From Schmidtea polychroa (Eukaryota), in NCBI GenBank assembly GCA_044892525.1, contig CM097885.1:51772001-51836000 (forward strand): a stretch of 64,000 bases of DNA. Direction: 5' to 3'. The stretch's first letter is position 1; each line of letters begins with the position of its first letter. The notes below the pieces were generated by a model. It had not been told where the DNA came from, made no database searches, and was given only the letters and a program-made list of their open reading frames with translations. The position numbers were made by a program, and so were the translations under genes. Positions 28,715 to 43,287 of the stretch are shown piece after piece.

Positions 28715-29260
28715 CTCACTGTTGTATCCGGCTTCGCCCGAGTTTACATTTATTATAATAATTCATTTAAATTAATTTTTTGTTTAATGATGTTATTACA
28801 TTCCAGTATTAATTTTATAACAGCTTCAATTCCATGTTTAATTCACAATAAGAGAAGCTTTCAGAATAAATTTCAATTTGTAAAATGGAAAACGCACTCC
28901 AATTTAAATCTAAAAATAACTGGCAATAATTTTCCTATTGCAAACTGGTTCACTAATCAAATAAAATTCAAATTCTCCATGTTTGAATTCTGCTTTGAAA
29001 ACATTTGACTAAATTATATTAATTTGAACTGCAAGTAGCAAGCATATAGTAAAATATTATTTATATGGTAAATTACTGACCAGACAGAAAAAAAACCGAC
29101 TAAGGGTACCCTAGGTGTGGTTACCTGAGGTGAAACATAGCCTATGACCTGTCCCGAGTCAAATGAGGGCCACATGCAAAATTTCAGCACCCTAGGTCCA
29201 ACGGTGTAGAAATCTATAGAAAACAAACAAACAAACAAACTTTCATCTTTATATATTAGA
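28715..29260 (-). mobile_element. Non-autonomous Helitron, apparently full length (about 546 bp)
   Basis: 5' A|TCTAATATATAAAGATGAAAG(TTTG)n; 3' GC-rich hairpin CGGGCGAAGCCGG with the CTAG end mutated; inserted between A and T; second copy at 48431. Confidence 0.85.
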
Positions 29261-29868
29261 TATTTTAAATAATTTAATATAGATAACTAATATAAAATTT
29301 AAAAAGTACTTTTATTAATTGTACAATATATGACCAGCACAATATATGACAACGTAAGTCTTTACTGGAAAATATGTATTAAATAAGAAAAAAAGAGAAA
29401 ACTCTCGATTATAAGTTAATTTAATTTCAATCTCGGAATCTGAAACCCTATATCTGAATGATAAAATTTTGATTTTTAATTTTTAATGATTTTGGCGCGA
29501 AATCATCTGACTGACTCGTAACTGAGTAATTCTACTAGGAATCACCGTTAATCAGATAGAGTCGAGGTCTTAATAAAATCAATTTCACTTTTATTCCTGT
29601 GAATTTTATCATTATTTCATTATTTTGCATCAACTTTATTTTATATTTAGTAAGTAATATAAAACTAATAATTATTTTCTATTTATGATGTAAGTTTTTA
29701 ATTGTATTTTAGATTATTTCTTTAAAGTCAAACTTTACTTTTGTTTTTTTGATTTAAGAACTAATGGGTTACATGATTCAAGCTGATAAAATTAGTCAGA
29801 GATAAATGAATTATATATTTTCCATTTCAATAAATAAAAATATAAAGAAAAGAATAAACAGTTAAATA

Positions 29869-29952
29869 ATAAGAAAGCGCCAATCAAACATTCGTTTCAC
29901 GATATATTTCGACTGTTATTGTGAAACGAATGTTTGATTGGCGTTTTCTTAT
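29869..29952. repeat. Hairpin (36-bp arms, 12-nt loop) of fold-back family A
   Basis: ATAAGAAAGCGCCAATCAAACATTCGTTTCACGATA / TATTGTGAAACGAATGTTTGATTGGCGTTTTCTTAT, 2 mismatches. Confidence 0.92.
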
Positions 29953-32900
29953 AATTAAATCGTTGCCATGTATGTTTAACTATTAAGTTAAATAATAGTT
30001 TGGTTAGAGTAAAAAACAAGACTTACTCGGTCTCAGATCCGTCTTAAATTATTAAATAAATTTTGTGAACTAAATTTGTATTTTATAGTTTATAAAAGTC
30101 CTAGTAAATTAATATTTTCCTTCAATATTACACAAGAAATTCAATATAATTAATTAATGTTAAATATGCGATAAAAGTTATGTGATAAATATTTATCATT
30201 TACTATATTTACAAGTTGTTTATTTCTGCATTGACTAATTTGATATCAATTAAATTAATTGATAAATTAATTATTTTTACTACATAATTAGAAATTGCCG
30301 TCATTGCCGGAGTCGCAAACTCCAGTTAACTAAATAATTAAAAAATTAAATGTAGCTTTTAAGAAATTTTCAAAATTTCCAAACTGCTCTATGAGGCAAT
30401 TTGTATGTATATTTTATAAGCCAATTTTATTACATTTCTAAATTTTATGTGAACATTTTTTAAATGAAATTTTTAATCTGCTTTCACATAATTAACAAAA
30501 TGCTCTAAAAACAAATAAATTATGATTCAAATAATATTATTCAAATAATTTCATTGTTGCTTGTTTCGATTTTCATGTTTATACAAAATTATTTAGTAAA
30601 CATAAATTAATAAGTAGTTATTACACCTTGGTTCTCAAACTTTTTGAACACTGAACTCTAATTTATTTTTAGGCGGAACATATATAATACAGTATAAACT
30701 TTAAAACGGTGCCGCAGGTTGATAACCTTTATGACACCAAAAGAGCAATAAAAAAGAATAATGTTCGCAAAAACACTCCATTATTATAGAGCAAAAAAGA
30801 AACGGAATTGTGCTGCAGCGTGTGATTGGCAACCCCTGCTTTCAAATGCTACTTTTAGGAAATAATATGTATATGAATAAAATATGTATCGATATCGATT
30901 GATGTAAATATATTTATTGAAAACTTAATTCTCATTAGTGAAAGAGTAGAGTAACACGCATGCACCCGACATCCGTATTGACTCCAGACTTTGTGGAATC
31001 TACAATTAATCTCAATCAGCTTATTTACAAAAATCAAGTTTATTCCATCTTGAAAATAAAAAAAAAGACATTTTACAATAAAATCTTTTCTTATGATTCG
31101 TTGTATTGTCCAAATTCTAATAATTTTACAAATAATTCTGGAAATTTATTGAGTTTTTCAGGATATATTAACGTTATGAATTGTAACGCCTAAACTCGAA
31201 GATTAAAATATTCCTATTAACTAATGTATAAAAGTTGTAAAAATCTGAAATCAAATTTCAATCATAAATTAAAACAAGTAAAATTTTGTTTATAAAACAT
31301 TTGTACTTATTTTTCTAGAATCTTAAAGAATAACCCCACATTTCATTTTATTATGCAAATTTAAGTTCAATATTAACTTTGAACTCTTACTGATATACCA
31401 TATGCGTTTTGTTAATTAAATTTTCTTCATTTATTGACACAATTTAAACTGCCATATTGTTATAAATATTTTGTTCACAATTTCAACTCATATTTGTTTG
31501 GCTCTAGTATTATTTGTAAACTTCAACAGATAAATTTCCTGATGAGTTTTATTTTAAATTAATTTTCAGGGGATAAAATTTAAATTAAAAAATAACTGAA
31601 TTAAATTATTTTTAATTAAATTTAATTAGGTTCGTTTTCTTATGTGAAAATTATAATTACAGAAATTGAAAACAGTTAGTTAATCAAAACTTTGTAAAAA
31701 TATAATATTAATAATATCAAATACACAATACCCGATTAATATTTATAGCAAATTTAATGTAAATCTTTTGTTTTTTCAGGAGTACTCATGTCAACTAATT
31801 GTGAAGTTTCCGATACAATTTATAGAATTTCTTTTAGAGTTAAAAACGATAAACACAAATAAAAAATAAAATTGAAAAATAAATGAATTTTCTTATATTA
31901 ATGTTGACGATGTTTATATTAAACATTTTATGTCTATAAATATCTACTAACAGCCTATTTCATTTTGCTTTCTTTTCAATTATTTTTTTTATTATTAAAT
32001 AAAGTCAAACTAAATAATTGTTATCAAGTAATTATGCCATATTAAAAATTTTAAATTTTACAATAACTTTTATTTTTCTTTACCAACATTATAATTTTAT
32101 TTCCATATTATCGGGTGTTTCTATCTATCAATAAATAATTTTTCCAATTTAACCAAATATTTCTTTCAAAATTGTTATGCTATATTAAATAATATAAAAT
32201 ATTGTTTTTGGAAGCAGCATAAATTAAGCGTTAAACAATATTTTTTCGACTTTAAAATAATCCCTTTCAACAAATTTTCTCACGTAATACATATTTATCA
32301 ACTGGGTTTATTTTATTATTTACTTGTTTATATTAACATATTTAATTTAACAATTTCAATTTTTGTCTAATGATGACTAAATTTGAGAAATAATATAACT
32401 CAACTATATCATTACAAGTAAAATGTACTAACTTTATAATTCTATAGTATTATAATACCGGAAAATACACTAAAATGTATTTTAATATAATTTTTTAGTA
32501 CATGAGAGACTTTATTTCTTTGTCGTTTACGATTCTTAATTAACTAAAAATTATTATTAGGAGAATTTGTTAAATTTTTCATGGATGATGTTTTATTAGG
32601 ATTTATTTTTATGTTATGCTTTTTAATTATAATGTTTTTTAATGACTTGTGCAGAGTGTCCAAACTATTTTTAAATAAAATTAGAAGTTTATAAGAAATT
32701 ATTTCAATAATATTCAAGTAATTGTTGATTACTTAAAAATTTAAAATTAATTTTAATGATTTCACCAATAATGCGTATTATAATTAATAATGTGTCACTT
32801 GTTTTTTCAGAAAAATAATTAAACTTTTAAATTATTTAAATTTTATATGAAAATCAATTGTGTGTTATTTCAACATATTTATGATAATATAAATTTATGA

Positions 32901-33164
32901 AATACAAATACTTTCAATTATTTAAAATGCCTATGGTATGTCGTCTAAATAATGGTTAAATTCGTCTACAGTACACTTTGTAAAAATTTGCTGACACTTT
33001 AAAATCTGTTTCCGTATGCTTTCAATATAATTTCACTTTTAAGGAATCGCTATTTTAAAGAATACTAAGAAAATTTCAAACGAAGCCTAACTTATTTAAT
33101 TGTATATATTTATTATTAATTTTATTAATAAATAATTAGGCAAGCATGGCAAACTATTTAGTTT

Positions 33165-33616
33165 TAAGAAAGCGGAACTCAAACATTCATTTTATCGTCA
33201 CGTAGTATTGAAAAGATTTTATATATTATAGATTTTATATATTATAGATTTTATGAACAAATTTTATTAAATATTTCTTTTAAATAAAAACATTTTTAAA
33301 ATTTTAATTTAAATAATAAATCATTTTTCAATTTATAATAAATATATTTAAATAATAAAGCGATAATTTAAGCATTTTGCTGCGAATAATATATTTAATG
33401 AAAATATTTTAGTCTATAAGATAGTCCTTGTCAATTATAATTTTAAAATTATAATATATGTAAAATTATAATTTTAAAAATATTTTTATTGAAAAGAAAA
33501 ATTAATAAAATTTCTTCATAAAATATTTAATATCTAGTCTTTTCTATCCTACCGAATGATGACAGGAAAACTGTCGAAATATATCTTAAAACAAATGTTA
33601 GAGTGGTGCTTTCTAA
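33165..33616. mobile_element. Fold-back family A copy with a degenerate hammerhead-like motif
   Basis: Inverted arms at about 33165-33198 and 33583-33616; 33553-33585 reads CGAATGA-T-GACAG-GAAAA-CTGTC-GAAA-TATA-TC. Confidence 0.7.
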
Positions 33617-33644
33617 TAATTAATTTTGGTGGGTTATGGGTAAC

Positions 33645-34100
33645 CAACATTTTACCTTTTCAAGCTGTTTCCAATGTAACCTGGAATACAAAGTATTGTC
33701 TGACACTCAATACCCGTTGATTGTTCAACATTGGTACTGTATTGAATGGTTAGGCATTTGTAAAAAGGGAGCACACTCCTGTATACTATAATTGTCAAAT
33801 GCTACGCAGATTCACGCGCTACCGATAGAATATCTTCGTCAATAACAATAATTCAAGATATAATTGGTTCTTAATACATTTATTTTTATCGATAATCTTT
33901 TCATTCAACTTTTACTTAATCGAAAGTTCCAGAATTTTTTTTGGATCTACCACTATGTTCAGTTTCGCACACTGTTTCCAAGAGTGACCCACGATACAGG
34001 ATTACTTGCACCCTCTCCACCTGATAGGTTCTCTTCGGCCCAGCTTGCATCGTTTAGCCGACCACATGGGAAACGCTAGTGTGGTAGTTGCTAATCTCGC
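33645..34100 (-). mobile_element. Degenerate LTR-retrotransposon gag/protease-like remnant
   Basis: Zinc-knuckle-like RGCK*SCIVGHSWKQC followed by a segment paralogous to 19265-19470 (NTLYSRLHWKQ). Confidence 0.5.
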
Positions 34101-36080
34101 AACTCCCAATAATTTCATTAATCTATCTAACGCAAAACACAGTTCAAGGATAACTATATTTTACACTATTTTACACTATATTATTACACTATTTCGATAT
34201 TGACGACGATAAATCAAATCTATTAATTGGTATTATTTGTTGCTAGTTATTTTTTGAAACGGCTTTGTCCAATAGTCTTCCACTGATTCAACCCTTTGTG
34301 TCGTGTAAATCAAGATTCTAACATAAAGCTTCACCCGGGGTCCTAATCTTCTTACATAAATTAAACTTCTATTTGAGTCACAGAGCTTTCAGGCTTACTT
34401 TTGATTATTCTGGAGTTTTAGGGCGCTCGCCATCCAGATAACCTAAGTCCTCATCGGCACAGGAATTCTACCGGATTAACAACTTATGGCAGATCAACTG
34501 CCATGAAATTCCGATGATCGTATTTTTGTTTTCATTTTATTAGCTTGCTTGTGGTGGCCATAAATTTTGTATTCATCATTGAATTCCAATGAAAACTTTG
34601 TGTATTCGAGTTAGTTTGTATATTGTACTGCATTAAAACAATTTCAAATAGTTTTATTCGTTTTATTTTTTTAACTTAAATTTTATAATTTTCAAAGGCG
34701 ATTTCTTGTAATTTATTATTTATTTTATTTCCAAATTTTTATTTTATATTTAATTTTTATTGTTTGCAACTCCATATTTCCTAGAATTTTCTATTATTTT
34801 CTACTTGGATTTGTTTTTTAATTTTATTTTTTTTAACTTTAATATATTTACCTATTATTTTTAATAAATATTTTATTCTTGATTTTTATATTTAATTATT
34901 GCCTTTTATTTGAATTTATTTTAATTTGATTTGAAGTGTTTAATCGGAGTTTTTCGTGTTTTGATTTTAACTCTACTTTCGGCTGTGCTTACGTGCTTTT
35001 TTGGATGCATCCTCAGTGATATTTTCTACATTTATTTGTGACAACTTTAGCGTTATCAAAACAATTTTAATATTTATATTCCAGTTTTCCGAATAATTTT
35101 TTAGCAATCTAAATTTTTTACGGAATTCTAAATTTATAAATTATAATTTTCTTGAAATTTAAATTTTTCAAAAATATATTTTCACTTACTCTAAAAAATT
35201 ATTTACTAATTCAAAACTAATTTTCAATGCTAACAAAAAAAAACAAATGACATTCGCAAATAATTTAAAAATTAAATTATTTGTTTATCTTTTTCAGGAC
35301 ATCACTGAAGCTTTTTTCTGTCATTTTCGAAGTATTTATTGAATAATCTATTTTGCTTACATTGAATTTCATGAGAAATAGTTTGCGGCAAATTATTCTA
35401 GTAGGAATTTCTTTTTAAATAAAAAATGATGAAAGAGTTGCATTATCGTCTCCTCAGTGGAAAGATAAATCATAAACCGATGATATGAATTCATTAATTT
35501 CAGACAACTAGCTAATATATTTTATTTTATAATTTTTGTTTTATTTGTCATTATTACAAATGTTTATTTTGAGATTTTAGCAAAATAAACAAATATAAAT
35601 TAATATATTGGTAAACTATTTTGATTACTATTGTTAAGGATGTCAGAAATGATTAAAATTAAAATTATTATTGAAATAATCAAAAAAAACTAGAAAAATA
35701 AAAATGGAATAAGAGGAAACATTATTACCAACCATAGAAAGAAAATTTAGAATAAAAGTTTGAAAATAACGATGAAAAAAAGAGAAAATCAATAAAACAA
35801 CGCATACGGAAAAGAATATTAAATATTACATAAGGCAACGAAAAAACACAAAAAATGATCTTGATAGGTCATCTGTTCCGTCCGCTTATGAAAATAATAT
35901 TTTAAATTAAATTAAGATTAAAAATTAATTATTTGGGGATTTAAAATGTCAAAGAATGACTTAGTCAATATAAATTGTAAATTTCATAAATTTTGTTACA
36001 AAAATCTGTTTTTATTTAAAACTGTTCGAATTTTGAATAAAAATTAAACAATGTTTATAAAGAATTATTATTTTATAAAA

Positions 36081-36310
36081 ATCTTTTTCACTATATATTT
36101 CGATAGCACTATCATCATCAGGTTACCTACATTCACGACGGATGAATAACTATTATATTGATAATACAAATTTGTTTATATATTATCAACATTTATATAT
36201 TATCAATACTTATATTATATATTATCAATATAGTATAGTTATTCATCCGCTGTGAATGTAGGTAACCTGGTGATGATAGTGATGCTTTCGAAATATATAG
36301 TGAAAAAGAT
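36081..36310. mobile_element. Fold-back element (family B), Penelope-terminal-repeat-like
   Basis: Inverted arms of about 86-90 bp (36081-36166 / 36221-36310) around short TATTATCAA repeats. Confidence 0.85.
36088..36124 (-). ncRNA. Minimal type I hammerhead ribozyme motif (candidate)
   Basis: AC-CUGAUGA-U-GAUAG-UG-CUAUC-GAAA-UAUA-UA|GU. Canonical core with palindromic AUAUAU stem III; predicted cut at 36092/36091. The opposite arm carries a CUGGUGA variant. Confidence 0.6.
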
Positions 36311-36414
36311 GTACGAATGGCGATTTTTATTAATAAAATCTTTACCGTGTTTGTTTAAGTATTATTTTATCTTTTTAACTCGAATTATAATATAATATTT
36401 TATTGAGAAAAAAT

Positions 36415-36904
<490 letters not shown>

Positions 36905-39900
36905 GTTTCGTTTGTAAATGGGAGTCTAATGTTCTCTCTGATAATATTGCACAGAATTTATCCTCACAAAATTCCGAAGACAATCGCAAAAGTAATTAAT
37001 CAAATGAAGTTCATGCTACGTCAAGCTTATTGTCGTTTCTCAGCTATTACAATGAACTATATGCCGATTATTTTCAATTAAAACTGTATCCTAGCAAATT
37101 CTTAAAATGTCTTGGAATTTCCATTTAAGTTATATATCAACATGATTACCATCTAAATCGGAATTTTAAAGTGGACTATGTGATATTCGCAGATCTGTTG
37201 GCATGGATTTCCAAGATAGCAATGAAATCTTTAGGGGCCATGATCGGATCTAAATTGTAAAATCTAAAGTGTAAAGGAAAATACGAATGAATAATAATAT
37301 GATTACTAAGATAATCCAAAGTAGAATTTATAAATTAAGCTATAAAACGAGAAGGAAAAAGTAAGAAGAGGCAGAACGAGTAAAAGAAATGAACAAAAAC
37401 TCGGGTTGAAAAAATGAATGAATCGAAAAGAATTGAGTTGAAATAGTCATTCGTAACAATCTCCCCTACAAATTGCTACCCGTGATTTACAAAATAAATA
37501 ACAATTTAAAAACAAAGTTATTTAAAAAATAATTAATTTTTATTCATATCAATCTCCCTGCAAAGTTTTGCAAATAAATTCGTCAAATAATCATTTAAAT
37601 TTTCGACTGCTATTAATTCTTATAATGATTTTCGATTAGCATTTATTTTGTTAAAAATCATTTTTAGACATTTCTCCTTGATTCCCAGTAATAAGTAGAT
37701 GATTCCCATGTATAAATGTATTTTCGGATGTCATTGAAAGCTTTGAAGAGTAAACATAAAATCACCACATATTAATATAGCAATAATAATAATTATTAAA
37801 TAAGAATAATAAAATAATATTGACCATCGAATATCTTTTTGATAACTACATACCTTTGATAACTATATATTTCTATTAAATATATATAAATTGTCTATGA
37901 AAATGACCTTTAGATTGAAATATAATAAATAAAATAAATAAATTTCTGATAATGTAAAAGAATAAATAACAAAATGAAATTGAGCAATTTATGAAAAGAA
38001 ATTATTCATCGCGTTGATTTACGCTTTGCTACAACTTGTATTATAGAGAGTGTATCTCAGTGGAGCTTGGTGTATTTAGATTGCCTAAGATTTTGTTAAA
38101 TATTACTCTAAATGACCATGTATTTCTATCAAATATTCATAAATTGTCTATAAATTTGCTATATTTTCTTGGAAAAGATCATTAATAAAATATGTCTAAT
38201 TAATCTAATAAACGAGTCATCCTTGTATTACAATAAAACTCATAACTAATAACCATTCTTTTAAATTTTCTTGACTTGACATATTTTTCTATGATTGTAC
38301 GATCGTACGAGAGGACTTAAAAATTTGTAAACTTTAATATATTAAGTTTGATAAATTATAAAAAAAATAATTATCCACAAAAGAAAAAAAAATAAATTCC
38401 CGTTTAATTGAGGTTAATGAATAAACCTTTGAAAGGATAAGCATCAACAAAATTGGGTTACCTAAACTAAACACAAAACAAGCGTTAAAAGTTTGTTTAA
38501 ATAATCAATTATTAAAATGTGAAACAAAACAAACTAATGAATAACTTTGTTATGGATTTTGATTATTTTCAACATCAAAAAACGAATCCATTAAATCAAA
38601 TGTGAAACACTAAAGAAAACGTGACTTACATTGATTTTTTTTCAAACTTTTCTGCCTTTGAAATACTTTATTGAAATTGAAGAAGTAATAAAATCAATTT
38701 ATTATAGGTATTTTTTGTTTTAATTGATAATTATTCATTTCACAGTAATTATGAAAATTAGACTCAAATTATTATTCTTACTTCTTTATAAAGAACTTTT
38801 CTCTATTATATAACAAACAAAGCTTAAATGAAAAAAAAGAATTTATTTCTTTATTAAGTACTACGAGTCATGTTTAAATATTACTTTTACAGTTACGCTT
38901 GTTTTGGCATTGTTGGATTTGATTTCTGTTATTTTCTGTAAGATAGGTTTTGAAATATTTTGTTACCATTTTAATGGGATGAAAAGAAATATAGACAGAG
39001 AACCTAGGCTTATGTTTATTTATAACTATTACAAAAAACCAGACGTTGAATAAATTGTGATTTTGTAAAAGTTGTTTTAAAAATAAATATTTAACTTAAT
39101 ATTAATGCATTTGAGGAAAACAATCATAATATATTGGCGTGGGACATAGTGTAACTACTCTAGTGAATAAAAAAGGACGCCTTTATCATATACAATGGTG
39201 ATAGAAGAAACAAGCAAAAATTCATGAGAAACATCAGAAAAGTCTGGAATGGCTTAATTTGTAAATGCATAAAAAGTCAAAAATGTTTAAATTCAGTTTT
39301 ATTTAATTTATTGCGTTTATATATTTAAAATGGCATTTATTTTATTATTATATGAAATATCAAAGTTCTTCCAGTGCATTTCATCAACAATGTTTCCAGA
39401 CATATCATTATCCTTCAGTGTATTTCCTTCGTTTCTAATCATTGAATTACATCAAGGATTTCTTCTCGAACTTTAGGTGTAAAGATCTCTATATATTTCT
39501 TTTCACATCCAATGTGTTCAGTAATATTTGTTTTTAAATTCATACTACTTGAAGCGATAATTAATCTTTATCTGTTTTTATATACTGTTTGAAGTTATCA
39601 GAATTTATCAAGTAAGGATCTTTTTCGGTTCCAATACTCAGCTATATTTTATTCTCATCAAAATCATATAATATATTACTACGAAATCTTTATTTAATAA
39701 TAAAATCTATACAAAACTAATGAGGGAGTGATTATTATTACAAAATTATTATGGGAAAATATTCTACCACGATGTAAAAATATTAACGTTTAAAATTAAG
39801 TGTCCTCTACTGTCTTTCTAATACTTTTTGTGTAGGTGACTATTTCTTGTATACAAAAATTTATTTAAACAATAAAATAGATATAGACAGATAGGTGTTA

Positions 39901-40084
39901 ACAGTAAAAGGCGAATACTATAAATATGATCTTGTCTTGTTGATGACAATAATTATTTCTTTTGGAAAACAAAATCACTGAATTTGTTAGTTGATAAAAT
40001 GACATGTCAAACTATTGCAGTAGAATAAAAATTAGTTCTATTTCAGTGATTTAGGGAATCTGACTCATTGAAACCAGGTAATTA

Positions 40085-40144
40085 GAGTGAGCGGTACTTG
40101 TTCATTATCGGGACCCCCAGTTCATTATTCGAAAATTCGGTGAA

Positions 40145-40186
<42 letters not shown>

Positions 40187-40415
40187 TTTTGAGTTGTTGA
40201 GTATTACCCTTGGGGAAGAAAATATCTTGTTTGATAAACTCTGAAAAGTAAAACTAAAAATAATAATAATAATAATAATTAATAATAAGAACTTTGAAAA
40301 TAACTTTGAAAATAATCGTGAAAATTTTGAAAATGATAAAATATCGAAAATGCTGAAAATGTTGAAAATAATTATGAAATTGATGCAGAAATTAAGTTTT
40401 ATGAATATCTAAGTA

Positions 40416-40472
<57 letters not shown>

Positions 40473-40635
40473 TAGTTTTATTATATATACTCAGATTTTA
40501 TCCGACAAAATATTTTCTCCTCCTATGGGTAATGCTCACAAGGGTACTGCTCACACTCAACTCAAAATATTATTATTATTACTTCACCGAATTTTAGAAT
40601 AATGAACTGGGGGTCCAGATAATGAACAAATATCG
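40085..40635. mobile_element. Large fold-back element (family E) enclosing (AAT)n and GAAAAT repeats
   Basis: TTGTTCATTATCGGGACCCCCAGTTCATTATTCGAAAATTCGGTGAAGTAATAAT is inverted at about 40570-40630; TGAGTATTACCCTTGGGGAAGAAAATAT is inverted at about 40510-40538. Confidence 0.85.
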
Positions 40636-41763
40636 TGTAGCATCATAAATAAAAACAAAGAAAAACTTAGTTAAAATTATTAGTTACGGTCAACAGCAGG
40701 AGCGCATTTTGTTTAGTAAGTATCGATTATAAATATAAATTTAAAAATTAAGTATTAACTTCATAAATTAACCCTATCCAATATTTTTAAAATTAGTATT
40801 TTCAAATTAACATTTTAAATGTAAATGTAAAATTTCAAATGTTTAGAGATTTAAAATAATCAATTTAGTGTGTTGATGTGAATGAAATGTATGAGGAATG
40901 AAACCTGTCCTTCTGAAAACGCTTCAAATATATTGCCTTCTAACAATATAGAAAAGATAGTGTTTTATTTGAAATAAATTTTTGGGAGACTGTTAATTTA
41001 TGGACGTGATAAATGTAAAATTCACAGTAGCTAATATCGATAATTAGAGTTTCAGATTATGTCAAAGTCTCATTGGTAAAAAGAAACCTTAACCAAAATC
41101 TCTTAATTTGAAATTATGTTTAAATTGTCAGCATTTTCAGAATTTGTGCATGTGCTGTAAAAATAATTATTTGAATAAAATAATGCGCGTCGCCAGAAAG
41201 AGATATGTTCTTACAGAAATCATTTAGCCGTTAAAATAAAAAATGTGGTTCTTCATATAGTTTATTTATGTATAAAATTGAAAAAAAATTTTTATTAGTT
41301 CATATATTTTTAATTAAATAGTCTAATGTTTAGAAACTTCAAATATATATATATTAATTTATATTACATTTAATCTATTCAATTATTTGATTATATCATA
41401 ATTTAAAAAGTTTATTAATATTTATACACTGTTATTAAATTTGTAATACTTGAAGTCTGTCGATCTTACACAATGCTCTCTAATCTCCTATGTTTCTTTA
41501 TTCTTCTTTTATTCTTTTCTCAAGTCGTTGTATATAATTTATTGAGAATTACTGACTTTCTCTTATATTAACGTTGCATTTGGTAAAATCATAATCTTCT
41601 AACGTGAATACCTTAGTACAACTCTGCCAGAGCATTTTGGAGTATTGTTAAACGGAAAAATACTTTTTAAAATTAATAATCAAAATTTAATTTAATTATT
41701 AATAAAATGTTATCAGACAATATCAATACATTTTTTAGTTAAAATATAATCTTATAATTTTTA

Positions 41764-41860
41764 AAAGAAAGCGTTACTCAAACATTCGTTTTACGATATA
41801 TTTACGACAGTTTTTCTGTCATCGTCCAGTAGGATTCTATCGAAATATATCGTCATGACG
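41764..41860 (-). mobile_element. Fold-back family A copy with a degenerate hammerhead-like motif
   Basis: Minus strand CTGGACGA-T-GACAG-AAAAA-CTGTC-GTAAA-TATA-TC|GTAAAACGAATGTTTGAG, plus an inverted CGAAATATATCGT at about 41841. Confidence 0.7.
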
Positions 41861-42666
41861 CTGCATTGGATAATTTATTTGGTCAATTTATTGAATTAAA
41901 TAAATATATAATTTCTAGAGGGAATTTTTTCAAATATTTTTTTAAAAAATTGTACTTCTTATTGTCCGAATTTTAGTCAATGTATATAGAATTTAAAATT
42001 AAAAAACAATGAGTCAATTAAAAATAAATAAAAAAACCAAAATCATTAGATATTCTTCAAATAATCCAAAAGCATGTGTAAAATATATTTAAAATAAGAT
42101 ATTTATACAATTAACTATTGAAATTTTGTGTCATTGACTGATTTAGTGCAATTTAAGAAAGTGACTCCAGGAAGTAGAAGGAATGAAAGAATTTTATTGA
42201 ATTATTTTGCGTCGTTCTGTATTTTTCAAAATAAATCGTCTCTCAGTGACTATGATGCAAAATGCAACATTTCGTACTATTAATTTCTTATTGTTATTGG
42301 TAAAAACGGATTTTCAAAAGAACCAAAAAGGAAAAGTCTAACAATTAAAACAGGAAATTATTAATTATCAGTATAATTTATCTCGAAACAGCTCTAGTGA
42401 AACAATGAATTAAAATTTTAATACTATGAATTTATATTTTAATGCAATTATTTGATTTTAGAAGATTCAAATTGTGTATGAATAATTTATAGAGAAGTAA
42501 ATTTTGTCCGTTTTCTCTATTTGTTTGAATTTCATCAATAGAATTTCTTAAAAATCTGTTAAACTTACATGAATTATAACATTTTTTACGGATTTATAGT
42601 GCAGTTTTTATACAAAATTCAACTGTGTTTTCTCTCTCGTACAATATATTTTTTATATCTAAATTT

Positions 42667-42670
<4 letters not shown>

Positions 42671-42733
<63 letters not shown>
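42671..42733. repeat. (TA)n microsatellite
   Basis: About 31 units. Confidence 0.98.
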
Positions 42734-42735
<2 letters not shown>

Positions 42736-43287
42736 GAGGAGAAGGACAGTTAAAAAGTAAAGATCATTAAGTAAACTCAAAATATGAGTATAATATATCC
42801 AAGACCAAATTAAAAGGTTTTAAAAGAGAAATAAAAAGTGATAAAGGTTTTCCTGATATTGTTTGTGATCTTGTGATCTTGTACGGACTTCTTCTACTTC
42901 ATTTATTTTTTATGGACACGATGTTATAAAATTATGAACGTTAGAAAGGTTCAGTGATATTTATGAAAAGAAGGTAAATTTATTATTTAATTTCTATAAT
43001 ACAATTCTTATCAGGAGGAAACATAGTTGTAAAATATTATGTTTATCCCATACAAGTTATTAATATTTAAGACAAATATGACCAATGTTAGCGGTAATTT
43101 CAAACAACAATTGCTAAAAATACAGATTTCATGTCATATATTGTTGGGAAAAATCAAGCAATACATTTTGAGTGATTTTTGTTGCTTTTGCAATAAATTA
43201 ATTAAATGTTTTCAATCATTAGGATATTTTTCAAGGTAATTAGTAATAGTTTTTTCTCGTGTATTTTTAATATTTATTGAGTATTAA

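Noticed and set aside
28787..29008. Duplicated ORF MMLLHSSINF (also at 48503) as a gene family
   Set aside because: Lies antisense within the two Helitron copies
29491..29502. E2F-like site TTTGGCGCGAAA
   Set aside because: Single motif with no nearby gene start
30626..30838. hAT-like ends GGTTCTCAAAC and TTGGCAACCCCTG
   Set aside because: The ends pair poorly and there is no TSD, so boundaries cannot be supported
39360..39700. Coding-like minus-strand stretch
   Set aside because: Multiple stops in the frames examined and no recognisable homology
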